64,000 nt of DNA from NCBI RefSeq assembly GCF_009914755.1, contig NC_060946.1, one strand, 5' to 3'. Under the pieces are notes generated by a model. It was not told the DNA's origin and did not search any database. It saw nothing but the letters and a program-made list of their open reading frames with translations. The stretch comes from the human T2T-CHM13v2.0 reference genome, Homo sapiens. Every line of letters starts with the position of its first letter. The first letter of the stretch is position 1. This document shows, in pieces, positions 48,890-63,013 of the stretch. A program made the position numbers and the translations under genes.

Positions 48890-50282
48890 CTAAACAAGAC
48901 AAAAGGAGATGAGATCCCGCGGCCAGCAAGAGATACCTCTCTCCTTCCCCCACTCCTCTCCTCTGGCCGCTCTGGCTAGCATTCCCAGGTCAGCTGCACC
49001 TAGAAGGGGCCCCCTCCTGGCTCAAAAATGGCTGCAACCACATGAGCCATGTGACTCAGGATGGAGGGTGGCACTGTCCACAAATCGGCTTCTCTGCAGA
49101 GCCCACTCTGCAAGGCTGCGGTGAGGGGCTGAGGCTGGCTGCCTGGTGGGATGGCCTGAGATCCTGCTCCTGCTAGGGCCAGAGGCCAACTGCCTCTAGG
49201 GTTGCTTGGTGCCTCAGTAACAGGTGGTTTGAGTGGATGTCTCCTGCAGGAACCATGACTAGAAATGTGGTTAGACAAGAATTTGAGGCTCCAGGGAAGC
49301 CACAGGATTCTAGCCAGCAGGATGCCTGCTTAATCCTCGTAAAAGGAAACTGGACAACAAACGAGATGGAGGTAAAATGAAATCCCAAAGGAACGCCTCC
49401 AAGGATCCCGTCTTCTACCTGTCAGGAGATGTTCTATTTTTCTAACTTCCCCACCTTCAGCATAACAGGATTTAGTAACTGTTTAGACCTTTTGAAGAAC
49501 AAAGACAAAAATAGGAAGTTGTGTCAGAGGAGTGCAGTCATCTCTTATTCATGGTAGTGTTTTGGTTCGATTTTGGAGCATCCACCAGGTTCGCGTACAG
49601 GAGAAGAAACACGGATGATCTCTGTCTTTATTTTGGGGGAGGACAATCCGGCCTTCTTGGGACTGTTCCAGCCCACCTCCCAGATGCTTCGGTCAGTCTG
49701 ATCCACGAGATATCTCAGGCTGGGAAGAACACATCTTGGGCCAACTTCCACAGCAGCCATGCGTCCAAGGATACAGAATCAGGCAGGCCGATAAAAGGAT
49801 TTTGACTTGGGTTTCACAGGAAGGAGGTATGCCATCAAACCCCACTGTAGTCAAGGATCAGAAGGTGCTTTTAGCAGGAACTGAAGCTTTTTAGTATAAG
49901 GCCCACTTAGGGTGCCAGCACCCTGACAGTGTCCCTTTAATCCACTTCAGATCTGGTTGACTCATCATCAGGTGTTTCCATTCACTTTCAAAATTACACA
50001 GTCACAGGATAACAGTGAGATCCACTGCTAAAGGGTAAAGGGTCAGAGGCTGAAGAGTACTGTGTAATGTCTGCATGAGATTTGTTTTAAAAAAGTCTGA
50101 ATTGGCATGGTATTTTGAATGCTGCTGGAACTGTAATAAAGGTTCACCTTTAGGAAGTGCTGATGGCACACCAGGGCCCAGCACACCGCATGCACTATTC
50201 TATAGAATTTGCCCAACACCCTTTGTGCTACAGATTACTATTATACCCATTTTACAGATAAATAAGAGGCTTTGTGAGGTTA

Positions 50283-50466
50283 GGGAGGCTGAGGTGGGCA
50301 GATCACGAGGTCAGGAGATCGAGACCATCCTGGCTAACACAGTGAAACCCCGTCTCTACTAAAAATATAAAAAATTAGCTGGGCGTGGTAGCAGGCACCT
50401 GTAAGCTGAGATCATGCCACTGCGCTCCAGCCTGGGCAACAGAGCGAGACTCCGTCTCAAAAAAAA
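50283..50466 (+). mobile_element. 5'-truncated, internally deleted AluY inside a MIR
   Basis: 19-bp TSD aagaggctt(t/g)gtgaggtta at 50264-82 and 50467-85. Confidence 0.9.
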
Positions 50467-51296
50467 AAGAGGCTTGGTGAGGTTAAGTAACCTGGTCACA
50501 CGTACAGCTACTGAGTGGCAGAGCCTGGACTCCAACCCCAGGATCATGTGCCACCAGAACTTGGCCCTTAGCTACTGGGCAGATGCTTTAACCCACTTAT
50601 GCCTCATGTTCCATTATTGGGACGCTAACCTTTTAGGAATTATTTGTATCCTACTGCTCAAGATCATCATTAAAGTCTGATTTTTCACAAAAAAGTTTGT
50701 AACCTCCAGCATAAATGGGTTAATTGGTTCCTGTGTCTTAGCCCTGAGCCCTAGAAATATCCAGTGGACTTTTACAATAGGTTTCATTATTACCATTTAC
50801 ACTCATGTATTTTTCGACCATAATGGTATGTTAGAATGGAAGCTGCTGGAAAAACAGGGCTGGCCTGTGGGAACTTTATTTAACAAGTTCTCCTCTGACA
50901 GCAGCAGTTAGTGGTTCTGAAGGGAAATGTGGGATTGGGCCAATTTTCCTTCCTTTCCCAATACAGCTACTTCAAAGATCTGTCTAGACCAGGTGCTGGT
51001 GTCCTGCCCTGCCTGGTAGAGCAAGTTGTCCTGTGCTATGACCGCAGTGGTCTGCCTGAGGCTGATCATGGGTATAGATTGGTGTAAGAGGGTCCCATGT
51101 AGACATCCCTAAGAGGGAGGCTGTAGTCAGGAGTGAGGAGACAAGGCTAATGGGAAAGAGGCTGTTAGCCCTGCCCCTTGGGGTGGTACTGTAGAGTCCC
51201 CTAAAACAAAGCAGAACCAGGAGACATTGGCTCCCACCAATCAGTACAAGATATTAGAACTTTCTGATAATATGATGATACCACTTTAGAAGGTAA

Positions 51297-51601
<305 letters not shown>

Positions 51602-51801
51602 TTTCCTTAGTTTTTTAATCCCTTGTGGGGTCTCTAAAATAGCATGAAGCTCTCTCCCTGTGATGAACCAGAGCAGGTCCACTGCAATCAAAAGGGGACA
51701 GAAAGGAGCGGGAGAGCACCAGGAATTATTATGTTTACTCCTTACTGGGAGAGCTATACCAAGAGAACACAGCAGATGCTCAATAAAAACTTGCTGAGTT
51801 T

Positions 51802-52093
<292 letters not shown>

Positions 52094-54589
52094 TTAGAAA
52101 CACGTGGCTGAGTCCTCTTGACTTTACCCCAGCTGCAGACTGTACTATCTATAGCAAAACCACATGGCGGGGTGGTAGGAGTGGATCCACAGCTGCCACT
52201 TAAAGCCTAGAATTTAAACACAGAGCAACTCAGCAGCCAAGTGTTAGGATGAAACAGAAGCTGAGCTTCTGAGCAGAATACGTCTTTGAAGCCAGACATA
52301 TTTAGCCGGAATTCTAAACTTACCCACCCATTCACCACTGATTAACCAAGATCCAAAGAGGCAGCTTGATCCAGCCATCCACGCAATGGAGATGCTGAGC
52401 ACACATATGACTGCCACTACAACCAACAAGCCACCGGCCCTTTCACTCCAGAGACGATGGTCTTATTAGCAAAAGGCCACTGCTCCTCAGTTGCATTTTC
52501 TTGCCTGGTGTGCCTGCACTTGGCACTCCAGAAGCAAATCATCCTTTGGCAGGTTCCACATCAATGCAGGGGTTGGGGACTGCTTTCTCCTTGTCCAAAC
52601 CCTGAAGGGGCCATTCCCAACTGCACTGTGTTGGAGTGGGCCTACATAGCTTGATGTGAGTCCAGGGGAACAGCAGGTTCCCTGCATCCATCCACTTGTG
52701 TGCTTACCTCTGACTGGGGAGAAGGCTTCCTCTACCTTTCAAGCAATGATGTTTGCATTCAAATGTCTCTGTCAAAGGCGGATTCCTGATAATCTGTTCC
52801 TCTTCACCATACCAGCACATAGGCATATATACAAAGATCCTGCTACAGAAACTTTAAAGGAAGAAAATCATGGTGATCAGCCAGGGCCTTCTCCCTTTTC
52901 CACTGTTCAACTCAACTGATTTCCTCAACTCAAAAATGTGGGAACAAGCTTTTCTAGCCATAATACTCCCTCCACTGCAAATGATCTTCCTGTACAAATA
53001 GTATCATACACATCCTGATATGTCTGTATGACAAAGCCAGAGTCATCTGTCTCTTCAACTTGCATCTGACTCACGTGTGAGGCTGCAGGAGTCAGGCTGC
53101 CTTTCCTCTTTGCCATTCTTCACAGCCAGGAGTCATTTTTGTGGCAAAAATTGAAAAAGACAGATCTATAGGTAGATACTTAAGTCAACTATTTAAGAAT
53201 TGTTGGGATTGAAGGATCTGAGGGCACCTGGAAGTTCACCTGATTCAATCTTAACTGTTCTGACATTCAGCCTTTGTTTGAACACATGCAGAGATAAGAA
53301 CATTCGTTTATTCGTGCAACCCCTCCTGTAGGTACAGGCTTGGTGGCAGCAGGGCAAAGGAGGACACAGAGCTCTCTGCATTTTGATTCCAATGTCTCAA
53401 TGTTTTTGGTGCTCAGAAAGAACTTTATCCTCTTCCTTTTTTTTTTTTTTTTTTTTTGTCTCTTCCTATTTCTGCCCAAGGAATGAGTCCAGGAGTAGAA
53501 TCCTGCTCCTTCTCTTCTGATAAAAACTGCAATTGTTTTCTCTTCTTTCTGAGTACCCAGCATGGGTTGGACCAGCACCTTCTTTAGTCTTCTTGCAGGA
53601 AAGGGACTTCCCGCTCTGGCTCTGGAACCCAGAGATGTTTGGCCTGTGATCCAGACCCAGTCTTGGCTTTTCTGAGAAAAAGTAGACTCTGGTTTACTCT
53701 TCTGGATTCTCCATTCCGGTCATGTAGCTTATGGCTGTTGCCCAAGTTCTCTTTACTAGCCCTTGGAAAATAAATCCTGATGTACAATAGTTGTTGGCTT
53801 TGCCACATCAGCTGCTTCCTTACTGGGCCAACTTTCCCACTGTCCCTGCTGCTCTCAGTTTTTCTCTCCTCCTGAGCTGGGCTTCAAGGGCTGTAGCCCT
53901 GGGTCTCCTGTCCAGTTTCTGCCCTACTCCACCATCTGGTCTGGGCTTTCTGAGTTTTATCATGAGCACCCTTCTCCACTCAGCAGTTTTCAACCTCTGG
54001 TCTCTGACCCCAGTTCTCAGACTGGGAACTTCCATATTGAAAACTTGACAAAATGCCTGCTAACAGCTTGTTACAGCAGGTTTTGAGTTATCCGGGGGAG
54101 CTGTCAGGAAGCCAGGTTAGGATGAAGCAAGACAAGAAACGACATTATTTCTAGGGCTGGGGAAGCCCCAGTCAAGACAGTCAGCCACAGCCTGATAACT
54201 CTCCCTGCATGCGCAAGCCCACCGCTTGCAACCTGGAGGAAGCTCCTGTCAGCAATGGGCTCTAATGACATGTCAGAAAACAGAACAGACAGCTTAAGAG
54301 ACCTTCACTACTACTTCCCTGCTTTCACAGCAGGTGTCCTGGTGGTACAAACCCCAGGTATGAAGCTGCAAGGAGGGACCCAGTTCCAGGACACCAAGAA
54401 CACCCAGCTACTCAGCAATCTCCTTCCACCGTGGACCTCGGCACATGAACACAGCACAGGCACCCAACGATTCCGCCAAGGCCTGCAGGAGTGTTGTGCC
54501 TGGTCCAACCCAGAGTGTCAACAAGCATGTCTTTCCCAACATTGTTACAAAGTGCAAGGATAGAGTCTCCCAAGTGTGCGGCTCCTTTC

Positions 54590-54765
54590 ACCTACCTTGT
54601 CTCCTGGGATCCTCATAACAGCCCTGTGAGGTGGGAAAGGGGGCTATTCTTAACCCCATTTGAGAGATGAAGAAACTCAAGCTTAGAGAGGGAATGGGAG
54701 AACTCGAGGCCACCTAGTGAGAGGCTGGGACTAAACCCTGGGTCTCTTGACTCCTGGTTCAGTGC
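54590..54765. mobile_element. MIR
   Basis: atcctcataacagccctgtgagg...ccccatttgagagatgaagaaact. Confidence 0.75.
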
Positions 54766-55651
54766 TGCACCCACTAAGCAGGCTTTCGGAAGCATTGGGA
54801 CAAGCAAGAATGCCCCAGGAGATAAGGACATCCCAGTGCTCCCCACTGGCCAAAGCAAAGCACACCATGCAGAAGCATCCTCACGTTCACAGATAGCTGC
54901 TCCAACCTCCTTTAGCACAGACACAGTGCAAGCCTCCACTGATGCTGTGCTTGCAAAACACAAACATCTAGCACTTCCAACAGCCAACTAGACCCGGCAG
55001 AACCTTGGGGACAGGCTTGACTTCACCCAACACAACACCACTGCCACAGAGTTAGACACTACTTAGGCCCACCTTGTCCTCAAGCATGCTGCCCTGCTCA
55101 GAGCACCTTCCACTTTCCTCTCTCAAGGCCACAATCTACCTGAGTTTGGGCTCTCTTCTGACTACTTGTGCTACAAAGTGTCTGCTCCTTGTTTATCTCC
55201 AGACTCAACCTCCTTCCCTGGCTGCTGAATTTCATATGCCAGTGAATCAACCAGCAAAAGCTCTCAAGCCGGACCAACCTCTTTTTCTCTCACTTTGGGA
55301 CCTACTAACTCCCCCACCAACCTCAGTGGTTCAGTGGTGTCTGCAAAATGCATCCATCCTGCCATCTGAGTAGCAGGTGAGAGTTATGGGCCCAAGCTTG
55401 GGAAGAACCTCTCTCCTTCTGTTTTGACCTGCTGGTCTCCTGGGACTTCCCATTCTAAGCACCCCAAGCTTCTTGGGAAGGAAGAGGTAGCAAATAGCTA
55501 GTTGGGTGATGAAGGTGTTTATCATTCAGTGGGAAGTAGGGGGTGGCTGTGCAAAGAGTGGAGTCTGAGGCAGGGTGATTGAGACACCCCTAGGCCTCCC
55601 ATACACGCTCAGGCCCATCCTCTGGAAGTGAGGAAACAGTGGGCAGATTAC

Positions 55652-55823
55652 CTCGGTTACAGATACTGCAGAAGTTGCTGGGCCCCTCGCTGTGCTTCTT
55701 CAGGTGGTCTGCCATGTATGCTGCCCGCAAGTACTTCCCACACACCTGGCAGGGCACCTTGTCTTCATGACAGGCCAGGTGGGAGCGCAGACGGTCTCGG
55801 GTGGCAAAAGAAGCATTGCAGGT
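55652..55823 (-). CDS. PATZ1: PATZ1 coding exon 3 (C2H2 zinc fingers)
   Basis: ccttcag|ACC ... CGAG|gtaatc; 172 nt; TCNASFATRDRLRSHLACHEDKVPCQVCGKYLRAAYMADHLKKHSEGPSNFCSICNR. Confidence 0.97.
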
Positions 55824-56313
55824 CTGAAGGCAGAAAAGAAAATGGGATGATGTGAAACCCAGCACCCCACACCTGACTCCCCACCAAGTGCACCATGAAG
55901 CAAAGGCAATTTCTGGCCATCACATGACCTCCCTTTATAAAGACAGCTTTAGAGTTTGGCTCAGGCTCCCTACCCAGAATGCCAAGAGGCTGCTCTTATT
56001 TCCCATGGTACCTCCTTACGGGACACTTGAGTGGGAATCACTGGTACTAACTAAATGACTACTGGAAATGTACCCAGGACATGGCAAGCTAAGCTCTATA
56101 CCCCTCTACACAATGAAGAGTTACACATTTGCTCATCCTTAGACATTAAGAATTGACTTTAGGTGCATTAGCTATAATGCACAGAATTACATTTACATGA
56201 ATTTACAGATGAGTTATTGGCATATAAACCAGCCTTCCTGTTCTGTATCCCTGGGTTTCCCCTAGTTTTATACAAAGAATTATATTTGTTCATTTTATTC
56301 AAAAGTGACATTA

Positions 56314-57156
<843 letters not shown>

Positions 57157-58726
57157 TCATTGTGTGCCAGGCAGGCACGGTGCTCAGCCTTTTAGAGGCA
57201 CTTATCTCATGCAACCCATCCTGACAGCAGCCCTCCGAGGCAAGCTGTGTGATCACCCTCCAAGACAGCGTGGCTTTGGAAAGCTGTGGTGTGAGCTGAG
57301 CACCAACTCACAGCCAGGCCCCCGGGGTTGGATGAGTCAGGAGCTGAAGGTCAGAACCAGCACCCTGGAAGGAGGACTCAGGTTGGCAGGCACTTCCTGT
57401 ACCTGAGCACCTGACTTAGTACCAGTGATCAGTCTCCTCACAACATCCCTTCCTCAGCTGGAGCTTACAAAGGCATTCCAGCTGTGGGGGTCATAGAATA
57501 TTGGGAAAGCCCTGAGAAGAGCTGAATCCGTTGGCTTTCAAGCTATTTTGGTTCCAGGGAGGTGTTTCATGGGTTCTAGTCAATTTTGACTCATTTCTTT
57601 TGTGTGTGTGTGTGTTTACTGTTTTAGAACTGTAAGAGAAAGCAACATTCACCTTTGTGTCACAGATCAAATGGTAACCCACTGAAGACCACCCCATTAC
57701 CTTGTGCTAGAACGGAACTGCCTCTGCCATCTCTCTTTAACAGAAGCACATCCTGAGAACCTGAGAGCTCAAGGTAAGTGGCTGAACACTGTCAACACAT
57801 ACAGACATCTAACTGTCTCCTTACTGTACAGCCATAGCAAGAAACAAACGCATGCAATGCTGTCAAGGTAGAAGACACCACTGTTTACTACCCCAGTCCC
57901 AAATATCTGTGTACGTTAGCACAGCCTACCTAGCTCTTCTGTCATTGTCTTTTTAAGTAAACATTATACATTTGAACTGAATTTGTAGCAATGACATACT
58001 GCTTTTATCTGTTTTATATATTCAGTGTATTCATATCATAAATGAGGAAACCTTCAGAAGGTGAACTTGCTTAAAACACAAGACTCAGCTACTAAAGAAA
58101 GTCTAGCACACCCACCCCCACCACACCCAGGCCAGTACTTTACCAATCCTCCTGGACACCCTGGGGGATTCTGATCTCTCCCAGTTTACAGCTGGGCCAG
58201 TGGAGGCCGTGAGAGGATATGAGACAGCTGGACTAAGAACCAGTCCCAGAGCCTGTGCTCTTACCATCTCCAGATTCAGGAGAGGGAGCTTCTGCTGAGT
58301 GAAAGGTGCTCATACTTTATAACACAGTGTACAGTACTTGGCAGCCAGGACTCCCAAAAGGGAAAGGTGAACAGATTTGTGCAAGGAAATTCCAGCATGT
58401 AGGAAGTCAGAAAGCACCATGGATGCTTGCTCTCATGGCCACATGTGGGCCCCACGTCAGCCAGGGACCTCATGACCCAGTGACAGGCCACAGTAGGAGA
58501 AAAAAACTCCTAACCTCTACACAGCCCAGCAGTCTCTAAACCAGAGCAGGGGCTGCATAAACACCCCCGGGAAAGAGAGGTACACCTGTTGATTTATTTG
58601 GGGACAAGAGCTAGCTTTGCCAGGCAGCGACCCAAAGACCACCCCTCCAATGGTGAGAGAGGGTGTGTTCTAAGCCTCAGAACTCAAAGGAACCAACATG
58701 GATCAGGTGTAAGAAAACAGGGCTGA

Positions 58727-58910
58727 GGCCAGGCGCAGTGGCTCACACCTGTAATCCCAACACTTTGGGAGGCCGAGGCGGGTGGATCACAATGTCAGAA
58801 GTTTGAGACCAGCCTGGCCAATATGGTGAAACCCCGTCTCTACTAAAAATACAAAAAAATTAGCTGGGCATGGTGGTGGGCGCCTGTAGTCCCAGCTACT
58901 CGGGGGCTGA
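58727..58910 (+). mobile_element. 3'-truncated AluS
   Basis: Left arm plus start of right arm; ends at ggggctga, which echoes the agggctga just upstream. Confidence 0.88.
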
Positions 58911-60629
58911 AAGCATATTCAGGATTTTGTCTTCCACAGTCTCTGGGAGAGGGAGCCACAAGAGGGATAGGAAAGAGATGCCTTGTTTCTCTTGCCAACC
59001 TTCTTTTGGGATCTGTCCTCTAAAGGCTTTGCCTGTCATGCTTTGCTACCTAAAGATGATGGATAGCCAAACTTCAGTTACCCACAAGTGGCTTATCCAT
59101 TTGGGGATTAGCTAAGCAAAATTAAAATCCCAGACTGGGCTGGCTTCCCCCACCCTGTCCTCCATTGATTATCTCTCAAGGAATGAAAGCTAACTTTCGC
59201 CTGAGCAAACAGAATTAGGAATGTAAATCTGCTGCTGGGGGAAAAAACACAAACATGACAAACGCTTTCCCTGTGTTCAAAGCCAAGCTGAAGTGATTGT
59301 TGGCTTCTCTGTGCCAGGATTGACCCTCTGCTGCTGCAGTCCCCAGGTTTTCTGGGGAGCCTGTGAAAGTCCAAAGTCTAGGCACAGCAGAAGTTCAGAC
59401 AACACAGAACATGAAAGAGCCTGGTCACACAACCCAGGAGAGAAGGGGCGGAGGGAGACAGATCTCAAAGGGAACATCCAGAACTTCCATGCTGGGGTGT
59501 CAGGAGAAGAGCATTCTTTGTCCTAGAGACAGGGAGAAGACAGAGGGACGCTGATGGGAAGAGAGTGAGCCAGAGGCAGAATGCTTTGACTGCCTGTGGC
59601 ACTCGGAAGAGCTGCCCGGCCCACAGCCCTGTGCTTAGTTAGACAGCCTGCTGTAATTAAGGGCCATGCCTGCCAGGTCCTGGCCCAGGCACCCTGAGTG
59701 CAGGTCATCACCACTCAACACTGAGCCCCAGTCCTGCTCCCTTCCCAGACTTCCTAAAGCTTTTCTTCCTAAGGATTGAGCAGCTTGGGAATGGGGCCCA
59801 AGTGGTACCAAGGGCACTAGTGCACACCCCCACCCTTAGTAGCCCTTGAACTCAGGCAGCCTCAGGGGTAGTCTCAAGCAGCTTTCTCCCACAGCCCTGG
59901 AAAACTCTAAGGGCAATGCATGAAGGTTCAGCTCCCTGGGCTCTTTGGCCCCCTTCTTCTCGAGCATATGCCCATCTCAACGCATTCCTTCTCTAACCAG
60001 CCCCCAAGAAGTGGAGCCCGTGGAAGCTAGGGAGGTCTGAGCTGCTCCAGCCTCTCAGCTTCAGGTTGAACTCCATGTGGGGGAAATGTCCCAGCCCACT
60101 AAGCTCATAAATCCAGCAGTACCTGGGGCATCTGGGCCAGTTAAGGACACTCAGGCCAAGTCCCAAAGAGACATGCCACTGTCAAGCCTGAGGCTTCCTG
60201 CCCCTACATTCAGATGGCCTTTCTACTTAAGCTATGGCACTAGTCTCTGTAACTGGCCTCTTTCATTCTCTCTGGCATCAGGAGGGGATGAGCGATACGG
60301 ACTGTGCCTAGCCAGTGGGGAACTCAAGGAATGAACTCCCAGAGAGCCGTCTCTTCACCTCTTATGTTTTCAGCATCCCCACACTATGCCAACAGGTGCC
60401 CCTGCTGTTTAACCAAGTCCAGGCACACCTGGCTGGCCAGCCCAGAGCAAGAGAGCCAGCATGTCTTCACCTGCTGGGTCCGTTAGGGGAGTTGTGGCTG
60501 TAGGGCTGGAGGAGGGGCCAGCAGGTCTGTGAGAGTGTATGTTGGGAGGGGCAGGGCAGGAGCGCATTTGTACACCAAGGGACAGTGATGTCAGTGTTAT
60601 GACACAGACCAAGGACAAAACACACAAAG

Positions 60630-61364
60630 CCTCAAATGTTAGAATGAAAAATTTTATCATCACTCCTGTTCACCCCGCAGAGTCTGCGGAGTGCTAAAGG
60701 GCACACCAATAAGGATCCGAGGGAGGGGGTCTACATCTGCTTTTTCAGCCCCCAAAGCCATATATTGGGGTGGCCCAATATAAAGCTACTCATTAGTTTG
60801 GTTCCTGAGCAGACCTGCTAATAAACCTCAAAAACACAAAAGTCTACTTCACTAGCCAGAAATGAAAGCAGGATCTAGATCTGAGTGGGAAGGGCAGAGG
60901 GCAGCATGGGTTGACTCTAGTTGGAATTGTGCCAGTCTTCTCTGGAGGCCGACTCACTCGTGGAGTGGGGAAAGGGGTGGCCAGGCCCCAGTCTAGAAAC
61001 CCCAGGCCTATGGGAAGTGATGCCAGGGGAAGGGAAGCAGATAAGCTGGTGGCTAGTTCCCAGGAAGGCACCAACCTCCAAAATCACCTAGGCAAGGACA
61101 GATGCCCAGGGGTGCCATCTGTGAAAGGGGGGAAAAGGCAAGAGAGCCCAGAAAGAAACTTGGATGCTATAGGGGGTTCCAGAAAGGTGCTCCTTGCTAC
61201 CCCCATTTGGGGGCTCTGACATGGGAAAGACTCCGAGTCACCCAGGGAGGAGCTGGGCATGCTGGGCAGGAACCACCCTGCTAGCCTCTCCCAAAAGCAG
61301 GGGTCTCAGGCCAAATGCCCCTCCTGTTCCCTTCCACTGTCAACCCTCTCCAGGGAGGCCCAGG
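60630..61364 (-). other. PATZ1: 3'UTR of PATZ1 short isoform; variant poly(A) signal GATAAA at 60658-60653
   Basis: Follows the TAG at 61367-61365; GATAAA followed on − by GU-rich tttgtgtgttttgtccttggtctgtgt. Confidence 0.55.
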
Positions 61365-61643
61365 CTAGCCAACAGGCCACTGGGTAAAGGCCCTGCTGCC
61401 CTCTGGGGTGGTCCAGCCCTGCCTCAGATATCCCGGCGGGGCTGGGCAGAAGAGAGTGTTGCTGGAGTGTGCTGGGCCCAGGTTTTCAAGGGCTGGGAAT
61501 GATTTTTTTAGAGAAAGGGAAAAGGCGGTGTCAGGAACCGAATGGGACGACCTCCACAAAGCAGGCTGGGCAAAGTCCCATGATGGCAGGTCGCTAGGAA
61601 GAGGTTCCAGGGGCGGCAGGCCGCTGCTGCTCCCAACCCACAC
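61365..61643 (-). CDS. PATZ1: PATZ1 alternative terminal exon (short isoform C-terminus)
   Basis: ccctttttccag|GTG, phase 0 matching the exon 2 donor; 279 nt; VWVGSSSGLPPLEPLPSDLPSWDFAQPALW...AFTQWPVG*; matches the short-isoform C-terminus as I recall it. Confidence 0.88.
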   Translation of the reverse strand: MWVGSSSGLPPLEPLPSDLPSWDFAQPALWRSSHSVPDTAFSLSLKKSFPALENLGPAHSSNTLFCPAPPGYLRQGWTTPEGSRAFTQWPVG

Positions 61644-62856
61644 CTGGAAAAAGGGCAGAGAGTGCAGGTTACCCCCCCAGGCCACCGGGCTTGCCCCCAC
61701 TGCCCTCTGGGCTCCTCCTACTCTGCCCGGGCTAATCAGCACACTACCTGAGTCAGAATGTGCTCTGTGATGAGAGAATCAGAGACAGAGAGAGAGAAGG
61801 CAGCAAGGCAAAGACAGATCCCAGCAGGCCCACCCTGGGTCATCCTCCAGGGAGACTGCCTAGCCCAGCACCTGTGAACACCGTCCACGCCTGACCCCCA
61901 GGGGCTCTGCCCTACTTACGGCACATTCATCCCTCCCTGCTGGTCTCCCTGAACCCTCTCCCCTTGCCACCAACAGGATAAGGAGAAGCAGGTTATCCTA
62001 TCAGAGACTGCAGTGCACACCCCACAATCATGGCTCGCCCTCACTTGATGGGAACTTGGCATGGGAGAGGGGAGATAACCAAGGAGAAGACAGAGGTGTG
62101 TTCGCTATCCACACAGGAAGGCTCAGTGGCCAGGAGAGGAAACTCAATCTTTTGGGTACCAGCAGGGCCCCCAGATATTGTTCAAGCAGGTAAACCAAGG
62201 GTGAGAATCTATCTGGTCCAGCGTTTCCTACCTGCTACTTTGCAAAGAGCTAAAAGAAGAAGAGCCCACTTTGCTCTCCAGTCCTCCAGAAACCCTGGCT
62301 TAGGATGGGTTAAACAGATGCCAGTGTGGGAGAGGGGACCACCCACTCCCTACCTCCTACCTCCCCCACTGCCTTGTGCCCTAAGCTGAGGGGACCCAGG
62401 AGGAGCTCTAACTGAGGTCAGAAAAGGGGAAGAGTGGTTGGCTGGACCACCAGGAGCCCTTTTAAAAAAACCTGCAGTCCCTACAAACTGCTGGAAACCA
62501 ACAGTCAGGCCCAGCGCAGTGCCGGGTCTCCCAACACAACATCTGTGTGATACGGCCCACCATCCAAGGAGCCGGCAAACACCAGGAGAGGAAAGCCAAG
62601 CAACAGAGTGAAGGCAAAGACAGGGTGGGAACCAGGACCAAGCAACCAGGAAGGAGGAACGTCAGCTGTGGGGGAAGGGGGCCTGGGGGAAGAACAAAGG
62701 AGGAGAGCAGAGGGAGGGTGGAGGAACAGAGGGGAGGTGTGCAAAGCGGTGGGCGGTCAGCCGGGCCCCCGGCACACGCAGCGGCTGGCTCAAGGCTGCG
62801 ACCGTGAGAACAGCATCATCTCCTTCAGCCCATCTCTGCCCTGACCCAGCCCCTAC

Positions 62857-62920
62857 CTGACACTTGTGAGGCCGCTCAGAAGTGTGCACCTGCTTGATAT
62901 GTCCGTTCAAGTGATCAGGC
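62857..62920 (-). CDS. PATZ1: PATZ1 coding exon 2 (zinc-finger end and linker); exon 1 lies beyond the window
   Basis: cttttccag|G ... TCAG|gtaggg; 64 nt; (R)PDHLNGHIKQVHTSERPHKCQ. Confidence 0.97.
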
Positions 62921-62996
62921 CTGGAAAAGAGAGAACCAAGAGGGACTTTAGAAACTTGGCCAGACCCCACCACACAGGCACATATGCATACGTGTG

Positions 62997-63013
62997 TACA
63001 CACACACACACAC
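62997..63013. repeat. (CA)n microsatellite
   Basis: acacacacacacacac. Confidence 0.85.

Noticed and set aside
56290-56300. AATAAA on the PATZ1 sense strand in intron 2
   Set aside because: No associated acceptor/terminal exon and no clear GU-rich downstream element
57940-57997. 8-bp inverted repeat tgtcattg/caatgaca suggesting a small structured RNA
   Set aside because: No complete snoRNA box set or miRNA-like stem; compatible with chance
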